NCBI GenBank assembly: GCA_963693365.1
Contig: CAVNZM010000003.1
Location: 2,134,768-2,198,767 of the forward strand
Length of the DNA: 64,000 bases
Reading direction: 5' to 3'
DNA from: Amoebidium appalachense
Taxonomy: Eukaryota > Protista > Ichthyosporea
Positions 50,939 to 64,000 of the stretch are shown piece by piece. Under the pieces are notes generated by a model that ran no database searches, was not told the origin of the DNA, and worked only from the letters and a program-made list of their open reading frames with translations. A program made the translations under genes and the position numbers. How positions within the stretch are numbered: position 1 is the stretch's first letter; every line of letters begins with the position of its first letter.

Positions 50939-50980
<42 letters not shown>

Positions 50981-51696
50981 CACATACACATCCGCACAAG
51001 CATTTCAACAGAATATGTGCACATTTGACGCATCGACACAGCACACATGTACTCCCGACAGTATACACCTCTTCAACTCAGAAGCACTAGAAAGAACTGT
51101 TCTAAAAATGCCCTACCTACCCAGGCACCCACACTACACAAACACAACCAGATGCACACCCATAGCCACGTTTGCCCAAGACGACCTTTCGCTAGTTACA
51201 ACATGCATGAAATCCTATGGAATGGGTGGTGCAAAAGTTCAACCATATAGCAGGCAGAAAGTTTCATCAACATATATATTTCTTAGTTACAAGGAGCTCT
51301 TTATCATGTACAATACTGCCGGCTACTATTTACATCTAGCGCTTCAATAAGCACAGGCACCGTACAGAGAATCTGAAGACTACTCATCCCGGTCCCCGGA
51401 GCCTATTACTGGCCTGTACAAACCTATTTACATATTATTTATAAAGGCGGGAAACAACCTATAATGATACAAAAAGACTACTTACACTTCCATACCGATA
51501 TGTACATTGCCAAATATATCATGATCACCTTGTGGCTGGTCATCTTTTGGCTGGTAAGAACGAGGAGTGCTTTTTGATTGAAAATACAGCATGAAAATTA
51601 GTATGTTCATATGAGCATGCAGCAAACTCCTGTTCCGTCCACTCCATCTCGCTACCTTAACCAAGGGAATTGGGTGGTCTGAAAAAACACTGGATT

Positions 51697-52092
51697 TTAC
51701 GTGCTCTCAACATCCACCTGGCGCTCATACTTCCTCTTAGTGTCGTTGTATTTCATCTCCTTCTCGCTAAGGGGGCTCAGGTTGGTGAGGATGACGGGGG
51801 CACGGAAGCTCTCACGTGCGTTGCGGAAAATCTTTGCCTTGACACTGCGGCGTGCACGCTTGGCCAGGTATGTGTTTAGGCTGACACCAGAGGCAATGGC
51901 AGTCATGATGCTGCCGAGAATCATGACGTAGTACGTCCAGCCAAGGGTCATCCCTGAAGAGAAATAGGTGTGAGGTGTGCAGCAGTAAGAATCAGAAAGT
52001 TGATTGCCAAAGTATAAATACTCAGAAAACGGGGCATCTGGGGAGAGTGGTTGCGGAGGGGGGGGATAAGGGGGGGGGGGGGGGGGGGGGGG

Positions 52093-52126
<34 letters not shown>

Positions 52127-53600
52127 GGGAGGGACATATTCCCACCAGGCTTTCTCACTTTCTGCTTTGGGCCCACTTTGAGGGAGGGGATATGGTGGCT
52201 ATACGAATGTTTCCAGTGCGGTGTGCACACAGTGATTTCAGCAGACATGCGGCACGTACCTTCAGGCACAGCCCAACCATGGGAGGCCGGGAACAGGAAG
52301 AGGGTAGATGTCTGCAGGCCAAACACAATGAAGAGAAGACCGGCCACCCAGGCATCAATGGTCTTGGACGTGCAGCAGAAGCATAGGGAGAGGGAAGTGG
52401 CAAATGCTAGAAGGCCCGAAAAGAGAAGAATCCAGAACATGGCCACCTCGTAGCCGTTTTGTAGGTGGCTGTAGGCAAGGTTGCAGTAACGGGGGGTGGT
52501 GAAGTGGAGCAAAGGCGCAACCTCTGCATGAATGAAAAATGGGTGAAGGGGGAAAGGGTGAGTGGTGATTGGGGTTGCATGGCTGTTGCTTGCATAGCCC
52601 AGTGTGTGTTGTAAAGCATTGAGATTCGTGACATACATAGGCATGTGTGTACGCATGGCAGTACCATGCGCCACAATCATACTGCATCGTCTACATGTAC
52701 ACCTGTGCCCGAGAGCTTATTTATGCACTAGCACGCAGAAATTATGTAGACGAAACGAATCAACCATATGCCATCATGATTTGAACTTTGAGAAGGTACA
52801 ACTGAGGGTGGCTAGGAACTCAAATGATATAATAATGTTATAGAGTTCTGCTACACAGTCTATACACGCCGTCGGGCGTAATCTAGTGAGAAACATAGAA
52901 TTCAAAACATTAACCTCCCTTCCTCACTTCCCGCCTCCTCCCTTCCCACTTTCCCCCTCTTCCTCCTCCTCCCTCCTCGTCGCCCATCTTTCAGGGCGGC
53001 ATAAGCCGCTTGGGTGGCACACGTTATAAAATGACACGCACAGCAAGAATATCCATGCTCATGCGGGTGTGCATTTGCTTGTGTATGGCGTCAGCCCCAA
53101 TATTATCCACAACCCGCACCAACACACATTAGTAACCATCTTGAATGCACACACGCACAACATGCAGTTTCACCCGCAGGCCTTCTTCACAACTATACCA
53201 GGGCATCTATTTGTATCTAAAACTTATGAAGCTGGAAAGGGATATGGCTATACATTGATCCTGCTTCCTCGGTACCCAGCCAACATTCGTACCCGTTTTC
53301 TACAATGAGCATTGCACGTTGACTCAACAGAACCGCTAACTAACTTGGCTTTCAGGACAGCAGCACATATTATCGAACAGTAACACATGTACATGTGCAG
53401 AGCAAACAGCCACACGTAAAATGTTTCCTCGCGATTTACAGACTCTTACCTGGTGCAACAGACTCGACGCCATCATGGCAGCCAGAGGCAATACCCAAGT
53501 ACTTGCCACTACCCACATACCACTCCGTGGTGGCCAGGCCGAGGAAAGATATGATCATGGTGAACAGCGTTAGCAGCCATGTTGCTAGTTCGGAAAACAT
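51697..53600 (-). CDS. Four-transmembrane LHFPL/claudin (PMP22-claudin superfamily)-like protein, 223 aa
   Basis: Exons 53600-53450, 52523-52260, 51953-51697, both introns phase 1 GT-AG. TM1 then TTEW...LGIASGC...YC (W-GxxxC-C pattern), TM2 ending CFCC, TM3 ending LFP..GW, TM4 starting LGWTYY, basic cytoplasmic tail. Confidence 0.75.
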
Positions 53601-54581
53601 CTTGCCTGCGTTTTATCGTCTTCACGCGCCTAAGTGCAACCTACTTTTCTCCTTTCTCTTCTTTCCCCCGCTAGATAACTAGGCGTGCTGTTTGTTGTGA
53701 CCGGGTATAGCAGCTGGCGTCAAACGAGGCGCAAGGCACGCTCACCGGATAAACTTCGCCATCTGGTGCGCAAGAACCCACTTTGATTGGTGGAACTAAA
53801 CTAAAGCAGTTTTGATTCGCTGAAATTTAGGTAATCCAATCATATTTGTAAATCTATTCTTATCGTATGACGTAATGGTGCGTGAAAAGCCAATTAGATG
53901 AAACCTGGAAAGCCATCAAAATTTCGAGGAAACCGCGCGTGTACTGCAAAAAAAAACAAAAAAAACCCCCAAGATTCGGTAAAGCGCATTATAATTAGTT
54001 ACCATCAACGCTACAAGGACCTAGAAGGTCGACAGCGAAAAAAAAATCGCGCCTTTGGACTTTTGAGTGAGAGGCCATACGTACCGCTCTACATAGTTGA
54101 CAATCCTTCGGTGATTTTTATTGGCTAAGTTAGCATCATATCAGTTAGCCTATTATGGCTAACTTACTTTATCAGCAACCAATCGCATGCACCAGGCCCC
54201 GACCGGGCCGGGTCCAGGCTTGAACACTGAGGGGCACGCAGGCACGCAGTCACGAACACACCAACACTCAAAACTTTGTACGAAGGAAGGACGGAACGCG
54301 CGCGCACGGGTATCGTGTGAGCAGCGCCGTATGAATGGCTTCAGTGCACGCACGAATGAAGAAAAGTCCTCTTAGACGAAAGGTATTCAGCTTGTTGCAC
54401 ACATACAGCACCTGTACAATCCCACACAAGTTCACACGCTTGAGGCGTTTGAAACAGGGCACATAAACCACAGTGAAAATCGCTTCTTGATCGCTTCCCA
54501 TTACTCTTTCATGTATGCAACGCAATATCCCCTAATTGTTAAAGTAAGTTCGCCGTAAGCTTTTTCTGAACGTTCAAGAAA
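53601..54581. promoter_or_regulatory. Divergent promoter region between tetraspan and protease genes
   Basis: 981-bp microsatellite-free spacer between head-to-head ATGs; CCAAT/ATTGG at 53786, 53836, 53890, 54120, 54179; CRE-like TGACGTAA at 53868; CTTATC (GATA site) at 53859. Confidence 0.45.
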
Positions 54582-63779
<9,198 letters not shown>

Positions 63780-64000
63780 GTATGCATGCAACATCACTTT
63801 GCCTCTCCCCCCCCCTCCCCTCCCCCCCCTCCCCCCCCCCCCCCCCCCGCCCCCCTCCCCCCGATCCCCACAACCACCACCACCACCACCATCACCCTCT
63901 TTCCTCCCCTCCTCCATCCCCTTCCCCTCCCCCTCTCACCCGTCCGCTTTTGAGAAGCATGTAGAAAATGTAACCGAGCCGGACACTACGTTCCAAGTGC

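Overview
Intron-rich eukaryotic genomic DNA. Introns are packed with C/G homopolymers and (CA)/(TG)/(CT) microsatellites, so almost all listed six-frame ORFs are spurious. By reading GT/GC-AG junctions and checking exon phase I reconstruct five spliced genes: (1) a ~1,400-aa Q/P-rich protein with four repeats of an ASDY-x-W motif and a C-terminal Cx2Cx18Cx2C GATA zinc finger (+, ~2.2-14.4 kb); (2) a probable C2-domain protein (+, 16.8-22.7 kb); (3) a 20-exon bacterial-style receptor adenylate cyclase (TM-Cache-TM-HAMP-class III cyclase; +, 25.1-43.9 kb, last exon unresolved); (4) a four-TM LHFPL/claudin-superfamily protein (-, 51.7-53.6 kb); (5) a secreted S1 serine protease with non-tryptic S1 pocket and two tandem C-terminal domains (+, 54.6 kb to the window end), head-to-head with gene 4. 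Non-coding DNA holds several MITEs, an interspersed repeat family ending in poly-C, and minisatellites. The most unusual signals concern splicing: tandem duplications that copy the 3' splice site plus exon start, giving in-frame decoy acceptors in two genes, and complementary CA/TG or C/G repeat blocks at opposite ends of introns whose acceptors often lack a polypyrimidine tract. All gene models are manual and need RNA-seq; no database search was possible and the organism is not identified.
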